NCBI GenBank assembly: GCA_964595645.1
Contig: CAZQQT010000004.1
Location: 32,001-96,000 of the forward strand
Direction of reading: 5' to 3'
Length of the DNA stretch: 64,000 nucleotides
Origin: an uncultured Thermococci archaeon
Lineage (GTDB): Archaea; Methanobacteriota_B; Thermococci; Methanofastidiosales; B48-G16
Shown here: piece by piece, positions 32,320-42,028 of the stretch
How positions within the stretch are numbered: position 1 is the first letter of the stretch
Layout of the letters: every line of letters begins with the position of its first letter
Notes under the pieces: generated by a model
Told to the model about the DNA's origin: nothing
Databases searched by the model: none
Seen by the model: only the letters and a program-made list of their open reading frames with translations
Translations under genes and position numbers: made by a program

Positions 32320-33936
32320 CTATTTCTTGCCTTTCTTCTCATGTTCTTGCTTTCTCAGCTCTTTTCTCCTTATTTTACCACTTATAGTTTTAGGAAGATC
32401 CTCTACAAACTCTATCTCGCGTGGATACTTGTACGGAGCCGTTATCTCCTTCACGAAGTTCTGAAGTTCCTTCACAAGATCCTCTGAAGGCTCGTATCCA
32501 TCGCGCAGGATGATAAAGGCCTTGACGATCTCTCCTCGTACCTCGTGGGGACTTCCAACAACAGCAGCTTCCACCACGGCCTCATGCTTCACCAGAGCGT
32601 CTTCCACCTCAAAAGGTCCAATTCTGTAGCCTGCAGAGAGTATTACATCGTCGGCTCTTCCTTCAAACCAGAAGTACCCATCTTCGTCTACTTTCACTAA
32701 GTCCTGTGTGTGATACCGTCCATTTTCATCAATTACTTCCTTTGTTTTGTCCGGTTTGTTGTAGTACTCCTTAAATATAGCAGGAGTATCGGTCTTCAGC
32801 GTTATCTCACCAATTTCGCCCGGTTTCACCTCTTCACCATTGGGTTTGAGCACTTTGATATCAAGTCCAGGCATTCTCTTTCCCATGGACCCTGGTCTGA
32901 CCTCAGGAATTCCCACATAGTTACAGGCGAGACAGCACGTCTCAGTTTGACCGTAGCCATCACGGATTGTAATACCATGTGCATCCTGGAAGTTCTCAAT
33001 CACCTCTCTGTTCAGTGGCTCACCGGCAGAGAGCATGCTTCGGAGAGTGGAAAGATCGTAGTCCTCAAAGTCAGGGACCTGCACCATCATCCGCAGCTCC
33101 GTGGGTGTCACGCAACATATTGTCACAGGATATTTCTCCAGAAGCTCCAGATACTTTTGCGCATCGAACTTCCCGTAGTAGAGCAGATCCGATGCTCCAA
33201 CATTCATGGTAATACCAAGATGGGTCCAGAACCACTTAGCCCAGCCAGGTGATGTCGTTGCCCAGATAAGATCCTCATCCGTCGCACCGTACCAGAAGGG
33301 ATTATTTATCTTTCTGAATGCGTACATCCAAGAATTCATGTGAACAACGCCCTTCGGCAGTCCTGTCGTTCCCGATGTGTAAGAGATGTAGAAAATATCA
33401 TCAATCTTCTTTTTTTCTGCATCGAAGTATCGAGATTCTTTTTTCATGAGCGAGTCGTAGTTCGTCCATCCTGTTTTATCGCCGTCCAGAAGGACATAGT
33501 GCTCAACTGTATCACACTTGTCTCTCACCTCGTCGACTATCTTAGAACCGGAAGTATCCGTAATAATTGCTTTCACGTCGCAATCATTTGCCCTGTACTC
33601 GATGTTGGAAGGTTTCAACATCTCGATGGCGGGAACAATCACCCCTCCAAACTTCACCGTCCCGAGCTGTGCCACATACGTCTCGGGAATCCGTGGGAGC
33701 ATCACCATCACTCGATCATTCCTTTCTAGATCGAGGTTTTTAAGCACGTTCGCGAACTTGTTTGAGAGGTACTTTAATTCCCAGTAACTTACCTGTCGTG
33801 TATCTCCCGCGGCATTTTCCCAGTAAATTGCTGTCTTCGTCTTGTCTTCGGCATATTCGTCAACGGCACTGGCAATATCAAAGTACTCAGGCCAGGCCCA
33901 GCTGAAATCTTTCATCGCTTTTTCGTAATCGACCAT
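32320..33936 (-). CDS. AMP-forming acyl-CoA synthetase
   Basis: YTSGTTGLPKG, YGQTE, GRADD, LPKTISGKIRR. Confidence 0.95.
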   Translation of the reverse strand: MVDYEKAMKDFSWAWPEYFDIASAVDEYAEDKTKTAIYWENAAGDTRQVSYWELKYLSNKFANVLKNLDLERNDRVMVMLPRIPETYVAQLGTVKFGGVIVPAIEMLKPSNIEYRANDCDVKAIITDTSGSKIVDEVRDKCDTVEHYVLLDGDKTGWTNYDSLMKKESRYFDAEKKKIDDIFYISYTSGTTGLPKGVVHMNSWMYAFRKINNPFWYGATDEDLIWATTSPGWAKWFWTHLGITMNVGASDLLYYGKFDAQKYLELLEKYPVTICCVTPTELRMMVQVPDFEDYDLSTLRSMLSAGEPLNREVIENFQDAHGITIRDGYGQTETCCLACNYVGIPEVRPGSMGKRMPGLDIKVLKPNGEEVKPGEIGEITLKTDTPAIFKEYYNKPDKTKEVIDENGRYHTQDLVKVDEDGYFWFEGRADDVILSAGYRIGPFEVEDALVKHEAVVEAAVVGSPHEVRGEIVKAFIILRDGYEPSEDLVKELQNFVKEITAPYKYPREIEFVEDLPKTISGKIRRKELRKQEHEKKGKK

Positions 33937-34008
33937 GGAATCACCACAAAAAAATGTTCATGAAGCTATAAAAATGTATCTCCACTACCATTTACTTCCT
34001 ACAACCCC

Positions 34009-34989
34009 TCAGACTACATTGACATACTCGTCTATTTTTTCACGTATGTCTCTTGTGTAGCTTTTTATTTCTCTCTTTAGATTCTCTTCATCGATTTTAA
34101 ATCGAGCATTGAACTCTCTTTCCTGTATTGTTGCCGTATATGCTATCTCTTCCTTCACATCGGCATAGTGCTTGAGAAGTCTCTTCATAGGGAATTTAGT
34201 GATTCCACTACTTCCAGCCAGAAGAAGTGGACCTATCAGCGGTGTTTTATCCAGCCATATACCTGTGATGATCTCAAGATGTGGAAAGGCAATCCGTGTC
34301 CTCGCGACGATCTCTGCGTAGTACAGCGAAGCTGGTGAAGGAAACTTCTCGTAGAGTGTTCCCTTTTGAGGATTCAGGGCGTAAAATGTGACTCTATCTA
34401 TTTTATAATCCCGTATCACTGAAAAAAGATTCTCTATTTTCTCTTTTTGCTCTCCGAGACCGAGAATGATTGTAATAGTCGTTTTTAACCCTTGATTTTT
34501 CGCATGATCAAGCATTTTCAGGACTTTGGAGAACGGCTTACTGGGGCAGATGACACTATGAAGATCAAAATCAAAGGTCTCCAGTGCGCCAGTGATACCT
34601 GTTATCTCATCTCCAAACAACGCAATCTCATTCTTACTCATTATCCCGGTATTTAGCCATGGTTTCTGGTATATCTCTGCGATCTTCTCTGCAATTTCTT
34701 GTATCTCTTGCGGAGAGTACACACCGTAGCCTCCAGAGAGAAACTCGATATTCCAGTGGAGATGCTTGCAGAGGAGCACTTCAGCGAGTACGGAATCCAG
34801 TGTCCGTTTCGCCCTTGGGGAGGTATCCAATGTGGACATATAACAGAATTTACAGTCCCGTTTCTCACAGTACCATGAGAGGAAGAGAGCCCGCTCGATG
34901 CTGATTGTGGGGTGATGTCTCCGGGTGAGCCTATCGGCTTCGTGTATGAGATCGAGTACCTCTTCACTCTTCGTATCAGAATTTCTCAT
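34009..34989 (-). CDS. Radical SAM protein, BioB-like, Cx4Cx2C (start corrected to 34989)
   Basis: SWYCEKRDCKFCYM, LSGG, IILGLGE. Confidence 0.85.
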   Translation of the reverse strand: MRNSDTKSEEVLDLIHEADRLTRRHHPTISIERALFLSWYCEKRDCKFCYMSTLDTSPRAKRTLDSVLAEVLLCKHLHWNIEFLSGGYGVYSPQEIQEIAEKIAEIYQKPWLNTGIMSKNEIALFGDEITGITGALETFDFDLHSVICPSKPFSKVLKMLDHAKNQGLKTTITIILGLGEQKEKIENLFSVIRDYKIDRVTFYALNPQKGTLYEKFPSPASLYYAEIVARTRIAFPHLEIITGIWLDKTPLIGPLLLAGSSGITKFPMKRLLKHYADVKEEIAYTATIQEREFNARFKIDEENLKREIKSYTRDIREKIDEYVNVV

Positions 34990-35476
34990 AGGAGACAATA
35001 TCCTCACGTGCTCGTCTCGAGGAGGTAGGCGACTCATCAGGGTAGCCCATCGAGACACAACACACGATACTCATTCTTTCGGGGACATCCAGTAGCTCCT
35101 TTATCTCTCCCTCGAAAGACGCACCTCGAACGCCCATCCAACACGTTCCCAGTCCCTGAGCGTACGCCGCTAAAAGGAGATTTTGGGTGGCTATCGCCGG
35201 ATCCGACAGGTAGTATTTTGGATGCCTCTCTGGATCGCCCAGTACTACGATAACCACAGGACTTTCCGTCATAAACTTTCCGTAAGGGTGCATTTTTGCG
35301 AGTTTCTCTCTCGTTGTCTCATCTTTCACCACGATAAAATGCCATGGCTGCTTATTACTCGCCGATGGTGCCCATCGTGCAGCCTCGAGACATTTGTCGA
35401 TCTTCTCACCCTCCACAGGATCAGAGGTATACTTTCTCACGCTCCGTCTCTCACGTATCGCCTTCAATACATCCAT
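34976..35476 (-). CDS. Nitroreductase family protein
   Basis: RRSVRKY, APSASNKQPW, GLGTCW, GYP. Confidence 0.95.
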   Translation of the reverse strand: MDVLKAIRERRSVRKYTSDPVEGEKIDKCLEAARWAPSASNKQPWHFIVVKDETTREKLAKMHPYGKFMTESPVVIVVLGDPERHPKYYLSDPAIATQNLLLAAYAQGLGTCWMGVRGASFEGEIKELLDVPERMSIVCCVSMGYPDESPTSSRRAREDIVSYEKF

Positions 35477-35538
35477 AGTATCATCTCATGTGCATGTGTG
35501 AAGGAGAACTTAATAATCTTCCTCTTCGTTGAGAAAAA

Positions 35539-37416
35539 CTACTCAGAATCACGATCAGTATCGAAGGGTGGAGAGAGAGCCTGGGGATGATAATACTCTG
35601 TGTAATGGTAGCTCTCAGGATGCATATATCGAGGAAAAATCCATTTCAAGAACTTGGAAGGTGATCGTGCCATACTTTTTGCCCAAAATACGTTATATAT
35701 TTTATTTTCTGGAACTTTCGGTCCAAGAAGATAGTAATATCCTCCCGTTGAAACAATAAATGATCGGGTATACCCGTCCTGAAGAGGTTCCAGTGGAGCT
35801 GCCTCAAAGGCGTAGTGAATATACTCTCCCTGATTAAAAACACAGTATGCGTCATCACGCGCTGTAACGGTGTCCAGAATATCCCACGTATGTTTCTCCC
35901 CATGTTTCAGTGCTTGTGTTAGCGGGAGCGTCTTCACAACCAAAGACTCCTCATTGGTGCAATCCATCGCAATATAATCGATTTCGCACATCCCCGCAGA
36001 CATGAAAAGTCGTAGTTTGTTTCCTTTGATTTTGTCGAGATCGATAGTGACAGCCTGGAGTACTCTATCAAAGGGATTCTGTTGGGAATCTGGATATATA
36101 GTATGTATAGTATGCCATGAAGCCTCGTCGTAGTACTGAACCTGGATCCCCATGAAATCGTAAAATCCCTCATCAAATCCTGAGGTGAGATCGTTCTCCT
36201 GTTCGAGTTGATCAATCACGTACTCCTGATTCGGTGTCCCGAGGAGATAGTGCATGATCGACCACAGTACCAAATCTGGGAGATTGCTGTCTCGTGCCGC
36301 GATGAGGAGTGTGGCATGTGAATTGTCAGTTTCTGGAAGCGTGAGGGTAATAGAGTCGGTCAGTTCTTCCTGGAGATCCTTTCGAGAGAGATCAGATGTC
36401 CAGTATCTACCATCGATCTCCTGTAGGAAACCGGTAATATTCCTTCCATAACTGTCAACCGCACACAGTGACTGCGGATTCTCTACAGCATAAATCTTCC
36501 CAGATCGTCCCGCCACAATCTCCATAGTTTGAGGGTGATCGACTGCTGTGAGTCCTACGTAGTTGATCCAAGCCCTTTCTTCGAAGGGCTCAAAGAGAAT
36601 GAAATTGTAGTATCCGTTTCTTGGTTCCACCTGACTCACCATCTGATAGTACATAGACTCGTAGCGGTTGAGGAAGGAATTGGGTATCATCGTTGTTTCA
36701 AATTGATACCCCTCTCCATTCCACGCATAGAGATGGGGACACCATGGATTGTTAACAACTGTAACTATTGTGGTCGCAGCGTCGTTAGCCCCCTCGTTGT
36801 CAGTCACAGTGAGCTCTACCGTCACATTTGTATCATTGCTTACTCCGGGTGCGTGAAATGTCGGAGTTGCAGTATCTGCGTTGGTAAGAGAGGCGTTTCC
36901 TGTAGGATCGTTGGTTATCTGCCAGCTGTAGCTGCTGATGCTCCCATCAGCATCACTGCTTGCAGTACCATCAAGCGTGGTAGTACCGTTCTCAAGCACA
37001 GAATAAGGTCCATTGGCGTCGGCGACCGGAGGAATATTCGCACCTTGTGTTCCTTCCTTGGTATAGCGAAATACCACATGTGCTCCGTTCTTCGTCACGA
37101 TCTTCACCTTTTCATTGCGTTCCGCGGTAAAAGTAATTTCTCCTACACTATCCTGAGGTATAGAGACATGGACATCCAGTGTATCCCCATCAGCGTATAC
37201 TTTATCGATCACCACCTCTTCTTTCGAGAGGTTCCGTATATACGCCGTAGTTCCTTCCACGCTCTCAAGAATTATTTTTTCCAAGGAGGACTCAACTTGT
37301 TTTTCCTTTGCGAATTCGTGTGTCCAGAAGTAGATAGTGACGGATACTGCAAAGACTACGATCGCCATCATCACAACTGCAATTACTGGATTTATCGCCT
37401 CGTTATCCAACTTCAT
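35539..37416 (-). CDS. Pilin-like N-terminus + PKD domain + large C-terminal domain (putative adhesin)
   Basis: A/INPVIAVVMMAIVV; NIPPVADANGPY...LDGTASSDADG...YSW...LTVTDNEGA PKD; CPHLYAWNG. Confidence 0.8.
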   Translation of the reverse strand: MKLDNEAINPVIAVVMMAIVVFAVSVTIYFWTHEFAKEKQVESSLEKIILESVEGTTAYIRNLSKEEVVIDKVYADGDTLDVHVSIPQDSVGEITFTAERNEKVKIVTKNGAHVVFRYTKEGTQGANIPPVADANGPYSVLENGTTTLDGTASSDADGSISSYSWQITNDPTGNASLTNADTATPTFHAPGVSNDTNVTVELTVTDNEGANDAATTIVTVVNNPWCPHLYAWNGEGYQFETTMIPNSFLNRYESMYYQMVSQVEPRNGYYNFILFEPFEERAWINYVGLTAVDHPQTMEIVAGRSGKIYAVENPQSLCAVDSYGRNITGFLQEIDGRYWTSDLSRKDLQEELTDSITLTLPETDNSHATLLIAARDSNLPDLVLWSIMHYLLGTPNQEYVIDQLEQENDLTSGFDEGFYDFMGIQVQYYDEASWHTIHTIYPDSQQNPFDRVLQAVTIDLDKIKGNKLRLFMSAGMCEIDYIAMDCTNEESLVVKTLPLTQALKHGEKHTWDILDTVTARDDAYCVFNQGEYIHYAFEAAPLEPLQDGYTRSFIVSTGGYYYLLGPKVPENKIYNVFWAKSMARSPSKFLKWIFPRYMHPESYHYTEYYHPQALSPPFDTDRDSE

Positions 37417-37535
37417 CTTTTTACAGATAGTTTTTAAATAATATAAAGCTTTCTAACTCATATAACTCATTATTTTAGGAGTCAAGAAACAGGAATCACA
37501 ACTCTTATGAACACTAAGTGCACAGTGTATACTAG

Positions 37536-37982
37536 ATGGAAAAAATCTACACGATCGGGTACAGCGATAAGACATTTTCACGGTTTGTTCGGATACTCAA
37601 ACAACGGAACATCACACAGGTGGTGGACGTCCGCCACTTCCCCACATCGAAATGGCCGGAGTATGAGAAGGAGAACTTACAAAAAAATCTGTCCAAACAG
37701 GGGATTTCGTATACACACTTAGAAAGCCTAGGTGGATACAGAGATCAGGGATATAGCGAGTATATCGAGACAGAGAAATTTAAAAAAGGTCTGAAAAAAC
37801 TCATCAATTTGGCGAAGAAAAAATCTACAGCCATTATGTGTCTCGAGTCCTACCCATCGGGCTGCCACAGACGATTTATTGCGAGATGTCTAGAGGAAAG
37901 GGGATGGAATATCATTCATCTCGTGGGCAAGAAAGGAACGTGTGAGGACAATGAAAACGAGCAGAGAAGCCTCCCTCTATGA
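37536..37982 (+). CDS. DUF488 family protein
   Basis: IYTIGYS, VDVRHFP, LGG, MCLE....CHR. Confidence 0.9.
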   Translation: MEKIYTIGYSDKTFSRFVRILKQRNITQVVDVRHFPTSKWPEYEKENLQKNLSKQGISYTHLESLGGYRDQGYSEYIETEKFKKGLKKLINLAKKKSTAIMCLESYPSGCHRRFIARCLEERGWNIIHLVGKKGTCEDNENEQRSLPL

Positions 37983-38958
37983 GAAGATGGAAAACGGAAA
38001 AGTGCAGTGCCGCACCTGCAACAGGTGGTGTGTGATCGCTCCAGCAAAGAAGGGATTCTGTGAGACACGGGAGAACAGAGACGGGATCCTCTATACCCTG
38101 GAGTACGGGCTTGTCTCCTCGCTGAGTATCAATCCCATCGAGAAAAAACCGTTGTACCATTTCTACCCAGGAGGAAAATTTCTGACCGTGGGGAGCTACT
38201 CCTGCACTTTTACCTGCCCATGGTGTCAGAACCACGAAATCACAAAAACAGCTCCAAAAAAGAGGCCGTGGTCCCGAACGCTCAGCCCAGAAGATTTTGT
38301 CTCCAGAGCTGTATTCAATCACTGTACGGGGACGAGCATGAGCTTCTCGGAGCCTACCACCTTCCTCGAATATGCGGTGGATGTCTTTTCACTGGCGAGA
38401 GAAGAAGGTCTTGTGAACACATGCATTACCAATGGCTACTTTACTCCCGAAGCGAGAGAACTGCTCCTCGAGAACTGTGACGCATTCAACATCGACATCA
38501 AAGGTAACGCTACAACTTACGAGGAGTATTGCAACGCCGATGGAGAGAAGGTCTGGGAGAATGTGCGCATCATCACGCAAAAAGCACATGTGGGACTGAC
38601 TACCCTTGTGATACCCGAGGTGAACGACAATGACGAGTGCCTTCATGAGATCGCAGCAAGAATCTCTCGCATTGATCCGGAGATACCATGGCATATCTCC
38701 CGATACTTCCCCGACTACGAGTTCTCTAATCCCAGAACACCGATCGATACATTGGAACGGGCGTATAAGATTGGAAAGGGGGAGGGCCTTCAGTATGTGT
38801 ATATTGGGAATGTGCCCGGCCATAGGTATGAGAGTACCTACTGTCCCTTCTGCGGTGAACAGGTGGTACAACGGCGGGCGTATGTGATAAAAGTAAATCT
38901 TGAAGGGAATACGTGTCCCCAATGTGGGGAGACAATCCCCATTGTTGGTCTCACATGA
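37951..38958 (+). CDS. amrS: AmmeMemoRadiSam-type radical SAM enzyme
   Basis: CxxC..C..C N-terminus, PIEKKPLYHFYPG, CTFTCPWCQN, YVYIGNVPG, C-terminal CxxC pairs. Confidence 0.9.
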   Translation: MKTSREASLYEKMENGKVQCRTCNRWCVIAPAKKGFCETRENRDGILYTLEYGLVSSLSINPIEKKPLYHFYPGGKFLTVGSYSCTFTCPWCQNHEITKTAPKKRPWSRTLSPEDFVSRAVFNHCTGTSMSFSEPTTFLEYAVDVFSLAREEGLVNTCITNGYFTPEARELLLENCDAFNIDIKGNATTYEEYCNADGEKVWENVRIITQKAHVGLTTLVIPEVNDNDECLHEIAARISRIDPEIPWHISRYFPDYEFSNPRTPIDTLERAYKIGKGEGLQYVYIGNVPGHRYESTYCPFCGEQVVQRRAYVIKVNLEGNTCPQCGETIPIVGLT

Positions 38959-39187
38959 TCTCGCGTACTAATGTGACAAAACATAGAATAAAACAGAGAG
39001 ACCTTTTTTGAGAAAAAGATAATGTAAAAAGGTTTGATTCTAAAAAAACAAAGAAAAAAACAGTTCAAGAATACTAACATGATTATATAGATTTATAGAA
39101 TGGTGGAAGTATTTATTCCTCTCTTTTTCTTTTAGAAAAAATTTATATTATTTTGAAAAAAAGATAAAAAAAATAGAGAGGTAAAAA

Positions 39188-39655
39188 ATGAAAAAAATGA
39201 GGTTATCACTGCTTGCAGTTACGCTCGTTGTAGCAACTGCATGCACTGAGTGCAGTAGTCAGCACGAAGAAACCGCATTCTCGGATCTTACCGAGGATCT
39301 GTCGTGCATTAGCCCTTATGAACACAATGTCACCGACGAGTTTGTCATAAGATCGCAGGAAGAATACGCCATGCTAACACAGTACCTGTCTACGGCCCCA
39401 GATTGTGCAAATTTCACGCTTCCGTCCATTGATTTCTCAGAAAAGACTCTGTTAGGAAAATACACAACCGGAACGGGCTGCACCATTGATTTTGAACGTC
39501 ACGTGTATAGAAATGATGACGCAAAGACTGTTACATACGTCATTACTGTTATTGAAGAGGGTAACTGCGAGATGTTAGGTATGAGCATGAACTGGATCAC
39601 AATCCCAAAAATACCGCAGGACTACAAAGTTATCTTTGACGTGGAAAAAGAATGA
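39188..39655 (+). CDS. Probable lipoprotein with PrcB C-terminal-like domain
   Basis: Signal peptide with Cys; VIRSQEEY, PSIDFS, WITIPK. Confidence 0.65.
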   Translation: MKKMRLSLLAVTLVVATACTECSSQHEETAFSDLTEDLSCISPYEHNVTDEFVIRSQEEYAMLTQYLSTAPDCANFTLPSIDFSEKTLLGKYTTGTGCTIDFERHVYRNDDAKTVTYVITVIEEGNCEMLGMSMNWITIPKIPQDYKVIFDVEKE

Positions 39656-39703
39656 TTCCTACATTGAACTTTGTTTACGATAGTATTTACTGATCTGCTT
39701 TAC

Positions 39704-40201
39704 TTAGAGTGTTAGATCGTATCGTTCTTCAGTGAGATACCGACCCCAGATTCGATGTGTTTTCTCCTCAGTTTTTGTGAACCCAAAGGAACGGTAGATA
39801 TGGGCGGCTGCATCGAGAAGGCTCACCGTCCAGAGGAACACCCTGTCGTACCCTGCATTCCTGCTGAACTCAATAGCGTTCTTCACGAGTTTCTTCCCGA
39901 GCTCTTGTCCACGATGCTCGGGATGGATTAGGAGCCATCGTAACTGCGCTTCCTGTGTGGAGTGAGTTACAATGGCAACAGAACCGATAATTGTTTTATT
40001 TTTCTCTGCTATCCAGATACGCTGTCTCTCTCTATCATCGGCGCGTGCAAACTCACATAGTGGAAGGGCGACATACGGCTCAAAGGAGGTATCGAATCCG
40101 TACTCTTCGGCGTAAAGGATACCGTGGAGATAGGTAATATATCCAATATCGCCAGGTTTCAACTCGTTCCGTATTGTAATGGAAGATGTTTCTTGGTTCA
40201 T
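39704..40201 (-). CDS. GNAT acetyltransferase
   Basis: AQLRWLLIHPEHRGQELGK, AAHIYRSFGF. Confidence 0.93.
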   Translation of the reverse strand: MNQETSSITIRNELKPGDIGYITYLHGILYAEEYGFDTSFEPYVALPLCEFARADDRERQRIWIAEKNKTIIGSVAIVTHSTQEAQLRWLLIHPEHRGQELGKKLVKNAIEFSRNAGYDRVFLWTVSLLDAAAHIYRSFGFTKTEEKTHRIWGRYLTEERYDLTL

Positions 40202-40255
40202 AGATACTTTTTTCTGTGAGTTGGAATTATATAAAATTTTGTTGTCAAATTTAAA

Positions 40256-41098
40256 TCATTTGCCGTATCGACGAGTCAGTTCCTTTTTCAGCTCTTCTGC
40301 ATATTCTGCATCAAAGTGTGCCCGTAGCCGTTTTTGTGTAGTACTGTACGAATCAATTGTCTCTTCCTCCAGCATCCTCCCCAACCTAGACTCAATTTTG
40401 TTCAGCCGCGCAATGAGGGTGTGCCGTTCCTTTTCCGGCATGATCGTCGGATCGGTCATGGCGGCGGGACGGACGAAAATGTCCGCTTTCTGGAGATGCT
40501 CCAACGCTTTGAAAGGAAGATCGTAGTACTCTTCCTTTGCACCGGTCCTCTCGGTGAATCCTTCCGGTGTCGCTGCTTTCAACGAGACCCGCACGTAGAG
40601 AAAATCGGCGTATTCTCTCAACTCCTTTACATACACCTCATCCGCACCAAAGAGAACACCATTCGTCTCCAAATAGAAGGGGTACCCACTATCCTTTAAA
40701 CAGTCGAGTACAGCGAGGAGATGTCGTTTCCCAATTGTCGGTTCACATCCAGAAATTCTGAGCTTATCGACAGTCAGATGTTGGTATCTGTCCCATCGCG
40801 TGATGCCCTCCTCAGCCGCATCAATGAGCCATTGCGCTACCTGGCTCGGTGAGTAAAACGTCCCCAAGGTTTCAGGGAAATCTCGGGACCAGTTTGTCCA
40901 GCAGTAGCCACAGCGGAGACAGCAGCCAACAGCATACCCCGTTGCAATGCCTCCGTAGACCGGCACCGAGTAAAAGTCGGAGTATTTTCGTTGCTGTCCG
41001 TCCAATCCTTCACGTGTCACAATATCCTCCGTCGCTTTTGCTAGCTCGAGAGGATCGTATGGCGCAGAAGCGGGAGTTAAGAAGCGTTGATATGCCAT
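40256..41098 (-). CDS. Radical SAM protein (archaeal COG5014-like; start corrected to 41098)
   Basis: YGGIATGYAVGCCLRCGYCW, RISGCEP, LETNG, VRVSLKA. Confidence 0.88.
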   Translation of the reverse strand: MAYQRFLTPASAPYDPLELAKATEDIVTREGLDGQQRKYSDFYSVPVYGGIATGYAVGCCLRCGYCWTNWSRDFPETLGTFYSPSQVAQWLIDAAEEGITRWDRYQHLTVDKLRISGCEPTIGKRHLLAVLDCLKDSGYPFYLETNGVLFGADEVYVKELREYADFLYVRVSLKAATPEGFTERTGAKEEYYDLPFKALEHLQKADIFVRPAAMTDPTIMPEKERHTLIARLNKIESRLGRMLEEETIDSYSTTQKRLRAHFDAEYAEELKKELTRRYGK

Positions 41099-41323
41099 TA
41101 TATTCTTGGTATGTATGAATGTTCTTAAGGGTTTGGTGCGCATCGTACACCACGAGGAGAATGATTTAGAGGGATATGGAGGCTCTAAATGTACTGTCAA
41201 GGGTGAAAAGTTATTAGTAGTCATTTGAAACCGGATCTGGAATAAGGCAAGATCTGGTTTCGTAAAAAGAGCATTTTCGGCTCCAAAAAAATTACGTTAT
41301 TTTAGATTTAAAGCCCAAAATAG

Positions 41324-41408
41324 TGCGGGGGATGGGATTCGAACCCATGCATTCCTTCGAAACCGGATCTTAAGTCCGGCGCCTTTGGCCATGCTCGGCA
41401 ACCCCCGC
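41324..41408 (-). tRNA. tRNA-Leu (UAA)
   Basis: GCGGGGG acceptor, CCGGA-CTTAAGA-TCCGG anticodon arm, long variable arm, GGTTCGAATCC; CCA not encoded. Confidence 0.96.
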
Positions 41409-41428
41409 CTCGGAAGTGAAACCCAAAA

Positions 41429-42028
41429 TTAGAGAGGTTTAAAGTCTTCCAGACTGAAACTGGGTTCTTCATCCTCTTTGAGAACACCCCTATGTCGTAA
41501 ATACTCTCGTGCCAAAAGGTAGTAAATGAGTGCGAGCGCCTTTCGTCCCTTATTATTTGTGGGAATAGCAATATCAACATCTACCAACTCATTTTCCGTG
41601 TCACAAAGTGCTACGACAGGAATACCGCTTTCTTCGGCCTCCCTCAATGCACGTTTGTCAGCTCGGGGATCCGTGAGCACGAGCACATCCGGCTCCACAT
41701 AATCCTCACAGTCGGGATTGGTCAGCATGCCAGGTATAAATCGTCCAGTCATAGATGGAATACCCGTGGCTTTGGAAAATGCACGGGCAGGATTATGACC
41801 ATAAACCCTCGTTGCAATCACGAGGACCTTCTGTGGCTCAAACTTTGACAGAAATTGCGCGACATCACGAATTCGCTGATCTGTCACCTTTACGTCCAGT
41901 ACAAACAATCCATCTTTTCTCACTCTGAATATGTATTTGTCCATGTACCCTGTCTTCTGTTGCGTGCCAATATGGATACCAGACATTAGATACTCGTCAA
42001 GAGGTGCTAATAGTTCCTCATCTTCCAT
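41429..42028 (-). CDS. rps2: 30S ribosomal protein S2
   Basis: GIHIGTQQK, GRFIPGMLTNP, IPTNNKGRKAL. Confidence 0.98.
   Translation of the reverse strand: MEDEELLAPLDEYLMSGIHIGTQQKTGYMDKYIFRVRKDGLFVLDVKVTDQRIRDVAQFLSKFEPQKVLVIATRVYGHNPARAFSKATGIPSMTGRFIPGMLTNPDCEDYVEPDVLVLTDPRADKRALREAEESGIPVVALCDTENELVDVDIAIPTNNKGRKALALIYYLLAREYLRHRGVLKEDEEPSFSLEDFKPL

Noticed and set aside
36529-37437. 302-aa plus-strand ORF
   Set aside because: Antisense shadow of the pilin-PKD gene
38959-39187. AT-rich 230-bp gap as a replication origin
   Set aside because: No ORB repeats and no cdc6 nearby
35539-41323. Intact integrated mobile element next to tRNA-Leu
   Set aside because: No integrase or transposase, and I found no distal copy of the tRNA 3' end
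41308-41580. 90-aa ORF
   Set aside because: Overlaps tRNA-Leu and rps2
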